64,000 bases of DNA from Malacoraja senta. Taxonomy: Eukaryota. The DNA is taken from contig CM075992.1 in assembly GCA_038087875.1 (NCBI GenBank), positions 10,790,001 to 10,854,000 on the forward strand. Direction: 5' to 3'. The notes beneath the pieces are model-generated. The model was given only the letters and a program-made list of their open reading frames with translations, did no database searches and had not been told where the DNA came from. This document shows positions 1 through 9,420 of this stretch, one piece after another (positions within the stretch are counted from its first letter, which is position 1; each line of letters begins with the position of its first letter). The translations under genes and the position numbers were made by a program.

Positions 1-29
1 TGTGCGTGCGAGAGAGAGAAATATATAGC

Positions 30-205
<176 letters not shown>

Positions 206-629
206 AGCACAAAGGGCTGGAGGAATTTAGCGAATCAGAGAAGGAAATAGACATACAATGATTCGATACGGGACGTTTCTCAACTAATTGTAGGAACGGG
301 AGAAAGTTGGAAAAATATGTTGGGCGTGAGAAAACGAGGCATGCGATAATTAGATACAAGTTAGGGAGGTGAATTAACAGAGGTAACAAACGACATAAAC
401 GGGTATCAGGTAAGTGAGGGGGAGGACAAATTAAGCCGGAGGGAAGGACATCCGAGGAACGCCATAGGGCAGAGAGGAGGGACGCGATAAAATGTAAATT
501 GTGGTTACGTGGATTGGAGATGTATGAATTACGAAGCAAACGGACAGGTTCGTCTGGGGTCGAGAGATACTGGCAGAAATGGACTACATTGCTGGGGGAA
601 ATCGAAGGAAGGAGGGCGGCTATGAGCTC

Positions 630-1210
630 TATCTTAAAAGTGGAAAAGTGATTTTCCGTACTATTCGCTTCAATCCATCAAAACGGATTATGAGGTGCTG
701 TTCCTCCATTATGCTTGCTACCTCACTCTGGCATTTAAATGGCCAAGAACACAAAGGTCGCTATAGGAATGGGAAGGAGGTTTAAAATTGTTAGCAACCT
801 AGATTAACAAGAAGACAACGCGTTAGTATTCGGCGAAATCTTCGCCTCGCCTTCCTTTTGTCTTATTCGTGCCACATCTAGAGCACGAAATGTCGTCGAT
901 GAGATGAGCGCAGCGACGTGAGAACCTCTGTCTCACAGTGCCGACATCCTGTGGTCGCTCGATGGAGTTAAAGCGGGAGATGTAGGGGAGGTGTTTCATC
1001 TTCTGGGATAACCTGGGAGGAGAGAGGTTTGGGAGCATAGGAATGAGTAAACCCAGTACTGCCTGCAAGATTGGAAAGAGGTGGAGATGGGAATATGAGA
1101 CCGGCCCATTGGTCGCTTTACATTTGGCGGAATTATCTTTGAATAATTAGTTAGTTACGAAGGATGTAGAGGCGAAAGCTAAGGGGCAGGGGATCTCATT
1201 CCATCTGGGG
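630..1210 (-). mobile_element. Degenerate Penelope-like element, GIY-YIG/3' region
   Basis: Diverged similarity to the young Penelope at 9631-10300 (e.g. ATGAGGTGCTGTTCCTCC, TTCGGCGAA, GAACCTCTGTCTCAC). Confidence 0.7.
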
Positions 1211-1949
1211 TGAGAGGGGGCGAGTTTTTAATTGCAGGACTCAGAGGTGACATGATGGAAGAGACCGGGTGCAGGCATAGTATTCAGTGGGTCTGTCATT
1301 GGTTTACAATCTGTCATAGTGCGAGTTTCACCACTGCTCACAAATACACACACACCGAACAACTTTTCCCTTGCGTCCCTGTAATTGGTGTAACGTGAAG
1401 ATGCAGACTGACACAGTTAATGTCCAACAGTTTTTCCATAATATTAAATTATAATGAGTTACAGGCGCTTGGATGCAACGTCGGAAGGTAGGGAGAGCAC
1501 AATTTATATTAACTGAATCACAGAATATTCGGTACTTTTTATGGAGCAAGCTGTACTGCACAAATCTCTCATAAATCGAAGAGTATTTGCCCTCGAAATT
1601 CGAGAGTATTTGCCCTCGAATAGAGAAATGTTAAAAGTGGCGATCAGTTTTTAACATTCAGTAACACTATCACACCAACATAAACTGCAGAGGAACATAA
1701 AAATGAAGACAAATAACACTTCCTATGGCGCACACATACTACCGATCGGGGCGCAGAAATTGCAGAAGCGAGGGGCGGGTGGTAGTTGGGTCGTCGGGGG
1801 TGCGGTAACCAGAATTGAAAGTATGGATAAAGATAAAGGGAAATAGGGCGCAGAGAGGTTATCGAAGACTCCAGAATAAGAAATAGCACAGCAAGTTCAG
1901 AAAGGGGTAAGAGAGTATCAGCAGGCAACATGGGGAACAATTTAAAAAG

Positions 1950-2303
1950 AAGGGTGGTGTATACATAACTGAAGATGTTATGTTAACACGCACTCAATAT
2001 ACGAAACAAGGCGAATAGGCATAAATTGCAGTTAGACATAGGCAGGGGCGTTTCTGTGGGCATTATAGAGTCATGGCTGAAAGAGGATCAGATATGATTG
2101 CTGAACATCCAATGATACAAATCCTGCAGAATAGGCTGCTTTGATGGTTAGGAATGGCATTCATTCCTCAGTAAGAAATGACTTAGGCTCAGCAGATGTA
2201 GGATAGTTTTGGGTAAAGTAAATATCTGCAAAGAGACAAAATACCCGGATATGAGTTAAATACCGGTTTCTAAGTAGCGGCAGTGGTGTAGGGTACCAAT
2301 TAC
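1950..2303 (+). mobile_element. Old CR1 ORF2 endonuclease fragment, host of the intact CR1; continues at 7411-8046, 8791-9290 and 12486-12755
   Basis: Decayed NxxSIRNK / GIxESWL / YR motifs; the CR1 reading resumes right after the young CR1 tail (EKACNKGNV) and after the Penelope (EYLDFQKA). Confidence 0.7.
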
Positions 2304-2921
2304 ACAGAGGTCCGAAAGCCGTTGGAGAGGTCGCTGAGGGAGGAGCTACAACCGAGCGGTAGGACTTAAAAAGGAGCGCGGGGGCTTGTTCCTTACAGAG
2401 GTCCGAAAGCCGTTGGAGAGGTCGCTGAGGGAGGAGCTACAACCGAGCGGTAGGACTTAAAAAGGAGCGCGGGGGCTTGTTCCTTACAGAGGTCCGAAAG
2501 CCGTTGGAGAGGTCGCTGAGGGAGGAGCTACAACCGAGCGGTAGGACTTAAAAAGGAGCGCGGGGGCTTGTTCCTTACAGAGGTCCGAAAGCCGTTGGAG
2601 AGGTCGCTGAGGGAGGAGCTACAACCGAGCGGTAGGACTTAAAAAGGAGCGCGGGGGCTTGTTCCTTACAGAGGTCCGAAAGCCGTTGGAGAGGTCGCTG
2701 AGGGAGGAGCTACAACCGAGCGGTAGGACTTAAAAAGGAGCGCGGGGGCTTGTTCCTTACAGAGGTCCGAAAGCCGTTGGAGAGGTCGCTGAGGGAGGAG
2801 CTACAACCGAGCGGTAGGACTTAAAAAGGAGCGCGGGGGCTTGTTCCTTACAGAGGTCCGAAAGCCGTTGGAGAGGTCGCTGAGGGAGGAGCTACAACCG
2901 AGCGGTAGGAGTTAAAAAGGA
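2304..2921 (+). repeat. 91-bp tandem monomer array (about 6.8 near-identical units) in the CR1 5'UTR
   Basis: GAGGTCCGAAAGCCGTTGG recurs at 2307, 2398, 2489, 2580, 2671, 2762 and 2853. Confidence 0.97.
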
Positions 2922-3035
2922 ACCCAAATCGGCAACGTTCCACTTCAAAAACAAGTGGGTTTGAGGAAGCCGCTGATTGGTGGACGCAGATAAGAGAGAG
3001 CAGCTGATTGGGAGTCAGATCCCTGCTGATTGTAC

Positions 3036-3247
3036 TGTATTGTAGCAGCTTGTTTTGTATTGTAGCAGTTTGTTTTGTATTCTATCAGTTTGTTTTATAT
3101 TGTAGCAGTTTGTTTTGTATTCTATCAGTTTGTTTTGTATTGTAGCAGTTTGTTTTGTATTGTAGCAGTTTGTTTTGTATTGTAGCAGTTTGTTTTGTAT
3201 TGTAGCAGTTTGTTTTGTATTCTATCAGTTTGTTTTATATTCTATCC
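3036..3247 (+). repeat. 20-bp minisatellite (TGTATTGTAGCAGTTTGTTT and a TCTATC variant), about 10 copies, just upstream of ORF1
   Basis: 20-nt periodicity is directly visible. Confidence 0.95.
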
Positions 3248-3261
3248 AGGGTAAGGGGAGT

Positions 3262-4197
3262 ATGACGGCCAGGGCAGTTTACTGTTCTGGATGTCAGATG
3301 TGGGAAGTCATGGAGTCTGTTAGCCCTCCAGACGTCCACATCTGCGCCAGGTGTATCGAGATGGGGCTCCTAATGGACCGTATTAGGAACCTGGAGCAGC
3401 AGCTCGATGACCTCCGTCTGGTCAGGGAGAGCGAGGAAGTCATTGAGAGGAGTTACAGGGATGTGGTCACTCCAACACCACAGGAGGCAGGCAAGTGGAT
3501 CACGGTTGGGAGAGGCAAGGGGCACAGGCAGGGACTAGAGAGTACCCCGGTGGCTGTACACCTTGACAATAAGTACTCCTGTTTGAGCACTGTTGGGGTG
3601 GACAGCCTACCTGGGGGTAGCGACAGCGGCCGGGCCTCCGGTATAGAGACCGGTCCTGTTGCTCAGAAGGGTAAGGAAAAGAAGAGGAGGGCAATATTAA
3701 TAGGGGACTCTATAGTTAGGGGGTCAGACAGGCGATTCTGTGGACGCAGTCGGGAGACCCGGATGGTAGTTTGCCTCCCTGGTGCCAGGGTCTGTGATGT
3801 GTCCCAACGTGTCCAAGACATCCTGAAAGGGCAGGGAGAGGAGCCCGAGGTCGTGATACATATAGGTACCAATGACATAGGTAAAAAAAGAGAAGAGGTC
3901 CTGAAAGGAGAATTTAGGGAGTTAGGAGGGGAGTTAAAGAGAAGGACAGCAAAGGTAACAATCTCGGGATTACTGCCTGTACCACGCGACAGTGAGAGTA
4001 GGAATGGAGCGAGGTGGAGGATAAATGCGTGGCTGAAGGACTGGTGCAGAAGGCAGGGATTCAAATTTCTGGATCATTGGGACTTCTTTTGTGGAAGGTT
4101 CGACCTGTACAAAAAGGATGGGTTGCACTTGAACCTGAGGGGGACCGATATCCTGGCGGGGAGATCTGCAAAAGCTACTGGGGAGACTTTAAACTAG
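3262..4197 (+). CDS. CR1 ORF1 protein: zinc finger/coiled coil plus SGNH esterase domain
   Basis: ATG at 3262 (MTARAVYCSGC); CxxC...CxxC, leucine-zipper segment, GDS, GTND and DGLH esterase motifs. Confidence 0.92.
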   Translation: MTARAVYCSGCQMWEVMESVSPPDVHICARCIEMGLLMDRIRNLEQQLDDLRLVRESEEVIERSYRDVVTPTPQEAGKWITVGRGKGHRQGLESTPVAVHLDNKYSCLSTVGVDSLPGGSDSGRASGIETGPVAQKGKEKKRRAILIGDSIVRGSDRRFCGRSRETRMVVCLPGARVCDVSQRVQDILKGQGEEPEVVIHIGTNDIGKKREEVLKGEFRELGGELKRRTAKVTISGLLPVPRDSESRNGARWRINAWLKDWCRRQGFKFLDHWDFFCGRFDLYKKDGLHLNLRGTDILAGRSAKATGETLN

Positions 4198-4198
4198 A

Positions 4199-7100
4199 AT
4201 GGTTGGGGGGGGGACTCAAATAGAGAATGCTATTAGACAGTGTGTGAGGCAGGAGGCAGAGAAGGAAAGCACTCAGACCCAACATGTAGGGGGGAAAGAA
4301 GAAAACAATAATAAACAGAGAATAAGAGGTGGTGGGGTTCTTAAATGGGTGAGCAGAGAAACAGAGGGGTGTAAAATGCGGGCGGAAGCAATAGGTAGCA
4401 AGGTGAAAGGTAAAAGTGGCAGGCAGACAAATCCAGGACAAAAATCAAAAAGAGCCACTTTTCAACATAATTGTATAAGGGGTAAGAGCGTTGTAAAAAC
4501 AAGTCTGAAGGCTTTGTGTCTCAATGCAAGGAGCATTCGTAATAAGGTGGATGAGTTGAACGTGCAGATAGCAATTAATGATTATGATATAGTTGGGATC
4601 ACGGAGACATGGCTCCAAGGTGACCAAGGCTGGGAGCTGAACATCCAGGGATATTCAATATTCAGGAGGGATAGAGAGAAAGGAAAAGGAGGTGGGGTGG
4701 CGTTGCTGGTTAGAGAGGAGATTAACGCAGTGGAAAGGAAGGACATTAGCTTGGAGGATGTGGAATCGGTATGGGTAGAGCTGCGAAACACTAAGGGGCA
4801 GAAAACGCTGGTGGGCGTTGTGTACAGGCCACCTAGCAGTAGTAGTGAAGTTGGGGATGGCATCAAACAGGAAATTAGAAATGCGTGCAACAAAGGCAAA
4901 ACAGTTATAATGGGTGACTTCAATCTACATATAGATTGGGTGAATCAAATTGGCAGGGGTGCTGAGGAAGAGGATTTCTTGGAATGTATGAGGGATAGTT
5001 ATCTAAACCAACATGTAGAGGAACCAACGAGAGAGCAGGCTATTCTAGACTGGGTATTGAGTAATGAGGAAGGGTTAGTTAGCAGACTTGTTGTGCGTGC
5101 CCCCTTGGGCAAGAGTGATCATAATATGGTTGAGTTCTTCATTAGGATGGAGAGTGACATTGTTAATTCAGAAACAACGGTTCTGAACTTAAAGAAAGGT
5201 AACTTTGAGGGTATGAGACATGAATTGGCCAAGATTGACTGGCAATTAGTTCTAAAAGGGTTGACGGTGGATATGCAATGGAAGGCATTTAAAGACTGCA
5301 TGGATGAACTACAAAAATTGTTCATCCCAGTTTGGCAAAAGAATAAATCAAGGAAGGTAATGCATCCGTGGATAACAAGGGAAATCAGGGATAGTATCAA
5401 AGCAAAAGATGATGCGTACAAATTAGCCAGAAAAAGCAGCATACCAGAGGACTGGGAGAAATTCAGAGACCAGCAGAGGAGGACAAAGGGCTTAATTAGG
5501 AAAGGGAAAATAGATTATGAAAGGAAACTGGCAGGGAACATAAAAACTGACTGCAAAAGTTTTTATAGATATGTGAAGAGAAAGAGATTAGTTAAATCAA
5601 ATGTAGGTCCCTTGCAGTCAGAAACAGGTGAATTGATCATGGGGAACAAGGATATGGCAGACCAATTGAATAACTACTTTGGTTCCGTCTTCACTAAGGA
5701 AGACATAATTAATCTGCCGGAAATAGCAGGGGGCCGCGGGTCAAAGGAGATGGAGGAACTGAGTGAAATCCAGGTTAGTCGGGAAGTGGTGTTGGGTAAA
5801 TTGAATGGATTAAAGGCCGATAAATCACCAGGGCCAGATAGGCTGCATCCCAGAGTACTTAAGGAAGTAGCTCCAGAAATAGTGGATGCATTAGTGATAA
5901 TTTTTCAAAACTCTTTAGATTCTGGAGTAGTTCCTGAGGATTGGAGGGTAGCAAACGTAACCCCACTTTTTAAGAAGGGAGGGAGAGAGAAAACGGGGAA
6001 TTACAGACCAGTTAGTCTAACATCGGTAGTGGGGAAACTGCTAGAGTCAGTTATTAAAGATGGGATAGCAGCACATTTGGAAAGTGGTGAAATCATTGGA
6101 CAAAGTCAGCATGGATTTACGAAAGGTAAATCGTGTCTGACGAATCTTATAGAATTTTTCGAGGATGTAACTAGTAGAGTGGATAGGGGAGAACCAGTGG
6201 ATGTGTTGTATCTGGACTTTCAGAAGGCTTTCGACAAGGTACCACATAAGAGATTAGGATACAAACTTAAATCACACGGTATTGGGGGTTCAGTATTGAT
6301 GTGGATAGAGAACTGGCTGGCAAACAGGAAGCAAAGAGTAGGAGTAAACGGGTCCTTTTCACAATGGCAGGCAGTGACTAGTGGGGTACCACAAGGCTCA
6401 GTGCTGGGACCCCAGCTATTTACAATTTATATTAATGATCTGGACGAGGGAATTGAAAGCAACATCTCCAAGTTTGCGGATGACACTAAGCTGGGGGGCA
6501 GTGTTAGCTGTGAGGAGGATGCTAGGAGACTGCAAGGTGACTTGGATAGGCTGGGTGAGTGGGCAAATGTTTGGCAGATGCAGTATAATGTGGATAAATG
6601 TGAGGTTATCCACTTTGGTAGCAAAAACGGGAAGGCAGACTATTATCTAAATGGTGGCCGATTAGGAAATGGGGAGATGCAGCGAGACCTGGGTGTCATG
6701 GTACACCAGTCATTGAAAGTAGGCATGCAGGTGCAGCAGGCAGTGAAGAAAGCGAATGGTATGTTGGCCTTCATAACAAGAGGATTTGAGTATAGGAGCA
6801 GTGAGGTTCTACTGCAGTTGTACAGGGTCTTGGTGAGACCACACCTGGAGTATTGCGTACAGTTTTGGTCTCCAAATCTGAGGAAGGACATTATAGCCAT
6901 AGAGGGAGTGCAGAGAAGGTTCACCAGACTGATTCCTGGGATGTCAGGACTTTCATATGAAGAAAGACTGGATAGACTTGGCTTATACTCGCTAGAATTT
7001 AGGAGATTGAGAGGGGATCTTATAGAAACGTACAAGATTCTTATGGGGTTGGACAGGCTAGATGCAGGAAGTTTGTTCCCGATGTTGGGGAAGTCCAGGA

Positions 7101-7312
7101 CAAGGGGTCACAGCTTAAGGATAAGGGGAAAATCCTTTAAGACCGAGATGAGGAAAAACTTTTTCACACAGAGAGTGGTGAATCTCTGGAACTCTCTGCC
7201 ACAGAGGGTAGTTGAGGCCAGTTCATTGGCTATATTTAAGAGGGAATTAGATGTGGCCCTTGTGGCTAAAGGGATCAGGGGGTATGGAGAGAAGGCAGGT
7301 ACGGGATACTGA
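4199..7312 (+). CDS. CR1 ORF2 protein: APE endonuclease plus reverse transcriptase, 1037 aa
   Basis: NARSIRNK, ITETWL, GDFN and SDHN endonuclease motifs; [22 protein letters not shown] and FADD RT motifs; no internal stops. Confidence 0.97.
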   Translation: MVGGGTQIENAIRQCVRQEAEKESTQTQHVGGKEENNNKQRIRGGGVLKWVSRETEGCKMRAEAIGSKVKGKSGRQTNPGQKSKRATFQHNCIRGKSVVKTSLKALCLNARSIRNKVDELNVQIAINDYDIVGITETWLQGDQGWELNIQGYSIFRRDREKGKGGGVALLVREEINAVERKDISLEDVESVWVELRNTKGQKTLVGVVYRPPSSSSEVGDGIKQEIRNACNKGKTVIMGDFNLHIDWVNQIGRGAEEEDFLECMRDSYLNQHVEEPTREQAILDWVLSNEEGLVSRLVVRAPLGKSDHNMVEFFIRMESDIVNSETTVLNLKKGNFEGMRHELAKIDWQLVLKGLTVDMQWKAFKDCMDELQKLFIPVWQKNKSRKVMHPWITREIRDSIKAKDDAYKLARKSSIPEDWEKFRDQQRRTKGLIRKGKIDYERKLAGNIKTDCKSFYRYVKRKRLVKSNVGPLQSETGELIMGNKDMADQLNNYFGSVFTKEDIINLPEIAGGRGSKEMEELSEIQVSREVVLGKLNGLKADKSPGPDRLHPRVLKEVAPEIVDALVIIFQNSLDSGVVPEDWRVANVTPLFKKGGREKTGNYRPVSLTSVVGKLLESVIKDGIAAHLESGEIIGQSQHGFTKGKSCLTNLIEFFEDVTSRVDRGEPVDVLYLDFQKAFDKVPHKRLGYKLKSHGIGGSVLMWIENWLANRKQRVGVNGSFSQWQAVTSGVPQGSVLGPQLFTIYINDLDEGIESNISKFADDTKLGGSVSCEEDARRLQGDLDRLGEWANVWQMQYNVDKCEVIHFGSKNGKADYYLNGGRLGNGEMQRDLGVMVHQSLKVGMQVQQAVKKANGMLAFITRGFEYRSSEVLLQLYRVLVRPHLEYCVQFWSPNLRKDIIAIEGVQRRFTRLIPGMSGLSYEERLDRLGLYSLEFRRLRGDLIETYKILMGLDRLDAGSLFPMLGKSRTRGHSLRIRGKSFKTEMRKNFFTQRVVNLWNSLPQRVVEASSLAIFKRELDVALVAKGIRGYGEKAGTGY

Positions 7313-8046
7313 GTTGGATGATCAGCCATGATCGTATTGAATGGCGGTGCAGGCTCGAAGGGCCGAATGGCCTACTCCTGCACCTAATTTCTATGTATCT
7401 ATGTATCTATGAGACAGAAAAGGCATGTAACAAAGGAAATGTTACATTGGTCATGGTAGATGTCACTGTGTGGGCAGACAGAGCAACTCAGATTAGCATT
7501 GAATCCCAAGAGAAGGAATTTGAAGGGAAAAAAAGCCTACTAGTACAAGATAGATTCTTAGAGAAGCTGGTGGTCGAGTACAACAGAGAACAGGCAATTC
7601 TGAATTTTGAGATGTGAAACGAACAATATTCAACATGGGATTCTAAGCTGGAGGATCTCCTGGGAGGAAATGATCAGGATTCAAACTGCAGATTTCAAAC
7701 CGCAGTTTGAAAGGGAGAAGTCAAAATCGGATGTATCAATGTTACTGTTGAGCAAAGATGATGACGGAGACATTTGGGAGGAGGTGACTAAATTTAATTG
7801 AGGGGAAAGCTTGCACAAATCATGAAGTAGCAGCAATGGCAGGGACTTCTTGGAGTAGTTTGTAAGATGCGGCATCCTTGTATTACAAAGTGGGAGAGAT
7901 ATACTAAACGGAGAATGAGGCGACCGTGGCAGACAAAGGAATTCAAATACAACATGAAACGAAAAGAGAATGCATAAAAGATGAGTGGGAAAGTGGAGAA
8001 TTGGGCTGCTTGAAGGACTCAGAGGAAGCTAGTTAAAAGGTTTCAA

Positions 8047-8790
8047 AGGTGTCAACGGTATTTTATTGTGAGCTGTACTAATTAAGGTTTAGTTTTATGC
8101 GAATTACCATACAGACATACTAAAAAAGCAACAAGATATACAACTACATATAAGTTAACATAAACATCTACCTCGGCGGACTCCCCACATTCCTCACTGT
8201 TATTTAAATCAATTCAGTATAATACTCCTCCTTCTTTATTCTCCCGCGGTAGGGGCAGTCGAACCATCCATCTGGGCGATCGAAGCTTCCGCAGCCGGCG
8301 GTCGAATTTTCCGCGTGGGGTCGATAGAAGCGCCCGCGACGGGGAGATATAAGAACACTCGTCGGGGCGGTCGAAGCTCCTGCAAGGCCTGGAGTTCCCG
8401 AAGTTGGTCTGTGACCTGAGACCGCAAGCTCCGCCATGTTAATGTAAGCAGGCAATCGTGGTGGAGTTCAGAGTTCGCTTCCTGCCAAAGGGATCGCGGG
8501 CTCCACAATGGTATGTCCGCAGGCTCCATGCGGTGGAGCACTCGAAGTCGGTCCCCAGCAAAGGCCGCCAACTCCTCGATGTTAGGCCGCAGTGAGGACG
8601 GAGATACGATACGGAATAAAATTGCATCTCCGTCGAGGTAAGAGTTAGAAAACGTTTCACCCACCCCTACACAAAACAAGCTAAAGAACACTAAATACAT
8701 ACATTTACCACATACTAAAGTAAACAACAAAGAAGAAAGGGACATACAGAATGTTGGCGAAGTAGCAGTCAGTAATAAAACAGAATTCAA
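8047..8790 (-). mobile_element. Non-autonomous retroposon (SINE-like), related to 26850-27784 and 47490-48095
   Basis: Shared CACATTCCTCACTGT and GC-rich GGAGCTCCCG-type blocks; it interrupts the old CR1. Confidence 0.6.
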
Positions 8791-9420
8791 AAAAATATAA
8801 TATATATATATATATGATGCTGGAGAAAGAGTAATGGGGGGAAATGAATTGGCGAACAGACTGACTACGATTTTGTGTCACTGTGAAAGACACCAGCAAC
8901 ATGCCAGAAATTCAAAGAAAATTGGTGCGTCGTTATTGCGGATGAGAAGGTGCTTGGGAAGTTGACAGGTTCGAAGATCTATAGTTCACCTGTTCCAAAT
9001 GGAGGCTTACTAGTGATCTTTCTGGAATCACTAGATCCAGGAATTGCTGTAGAGAACGGAATTATCAGAAATCTGACTGCACTTTGCAAAGAATGAGTGT
9101 GAAAAGAAAAACAAATCAAAGGCCGCTTCGTCTGACCAGATATTCAGAGAATGTTACAGACTATTGTTAAGAGTATGGTCACAGGGTACTTGTAGTTGTA
9201 TGATAGTAGGCCAAAGTTAAGCGGAAATACTGCGTGATGAAGTTGCTCGAATATTTTGAGAATGTAACATCCAGGATAAGGTCAAACGCTCATAAATGAT
9301 GGAAGCGCATTAGGCAAGTCGGCCCATCTGGTCTACGCCATTCAATCATGGCTGATCGATTGCACCCTCCTAACCGCATTCTTCTGCGTTCTTGCCGTAA
9401 ACCATGGAGAGTAAGTGGAT

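Larger units (their letters stand above)
2304..7410 (+). mobile_element. Full-length, apparently intact CR1-clade LINE
   Basis: Tandem-repeat 5'UTR, uninterrupted ORF1 and ORF2, short 3'UTR ending in a (CTATGTAT)n tail. Confidence 0.96.

Noticed and set aside
2304..2921. CRISPR-like array
   Set aside because: The units are identical head-to-tail with no unique spacers, the context is eukaryotic, and there are no cas genes.
3175..3261. N-terminal hydrophobic extension of CR1 ORF1
   Set aside because: It starts at a non-ATG codon within the 20-bp minisatellite; homologous ORF1s begin near the ATG at 3262.
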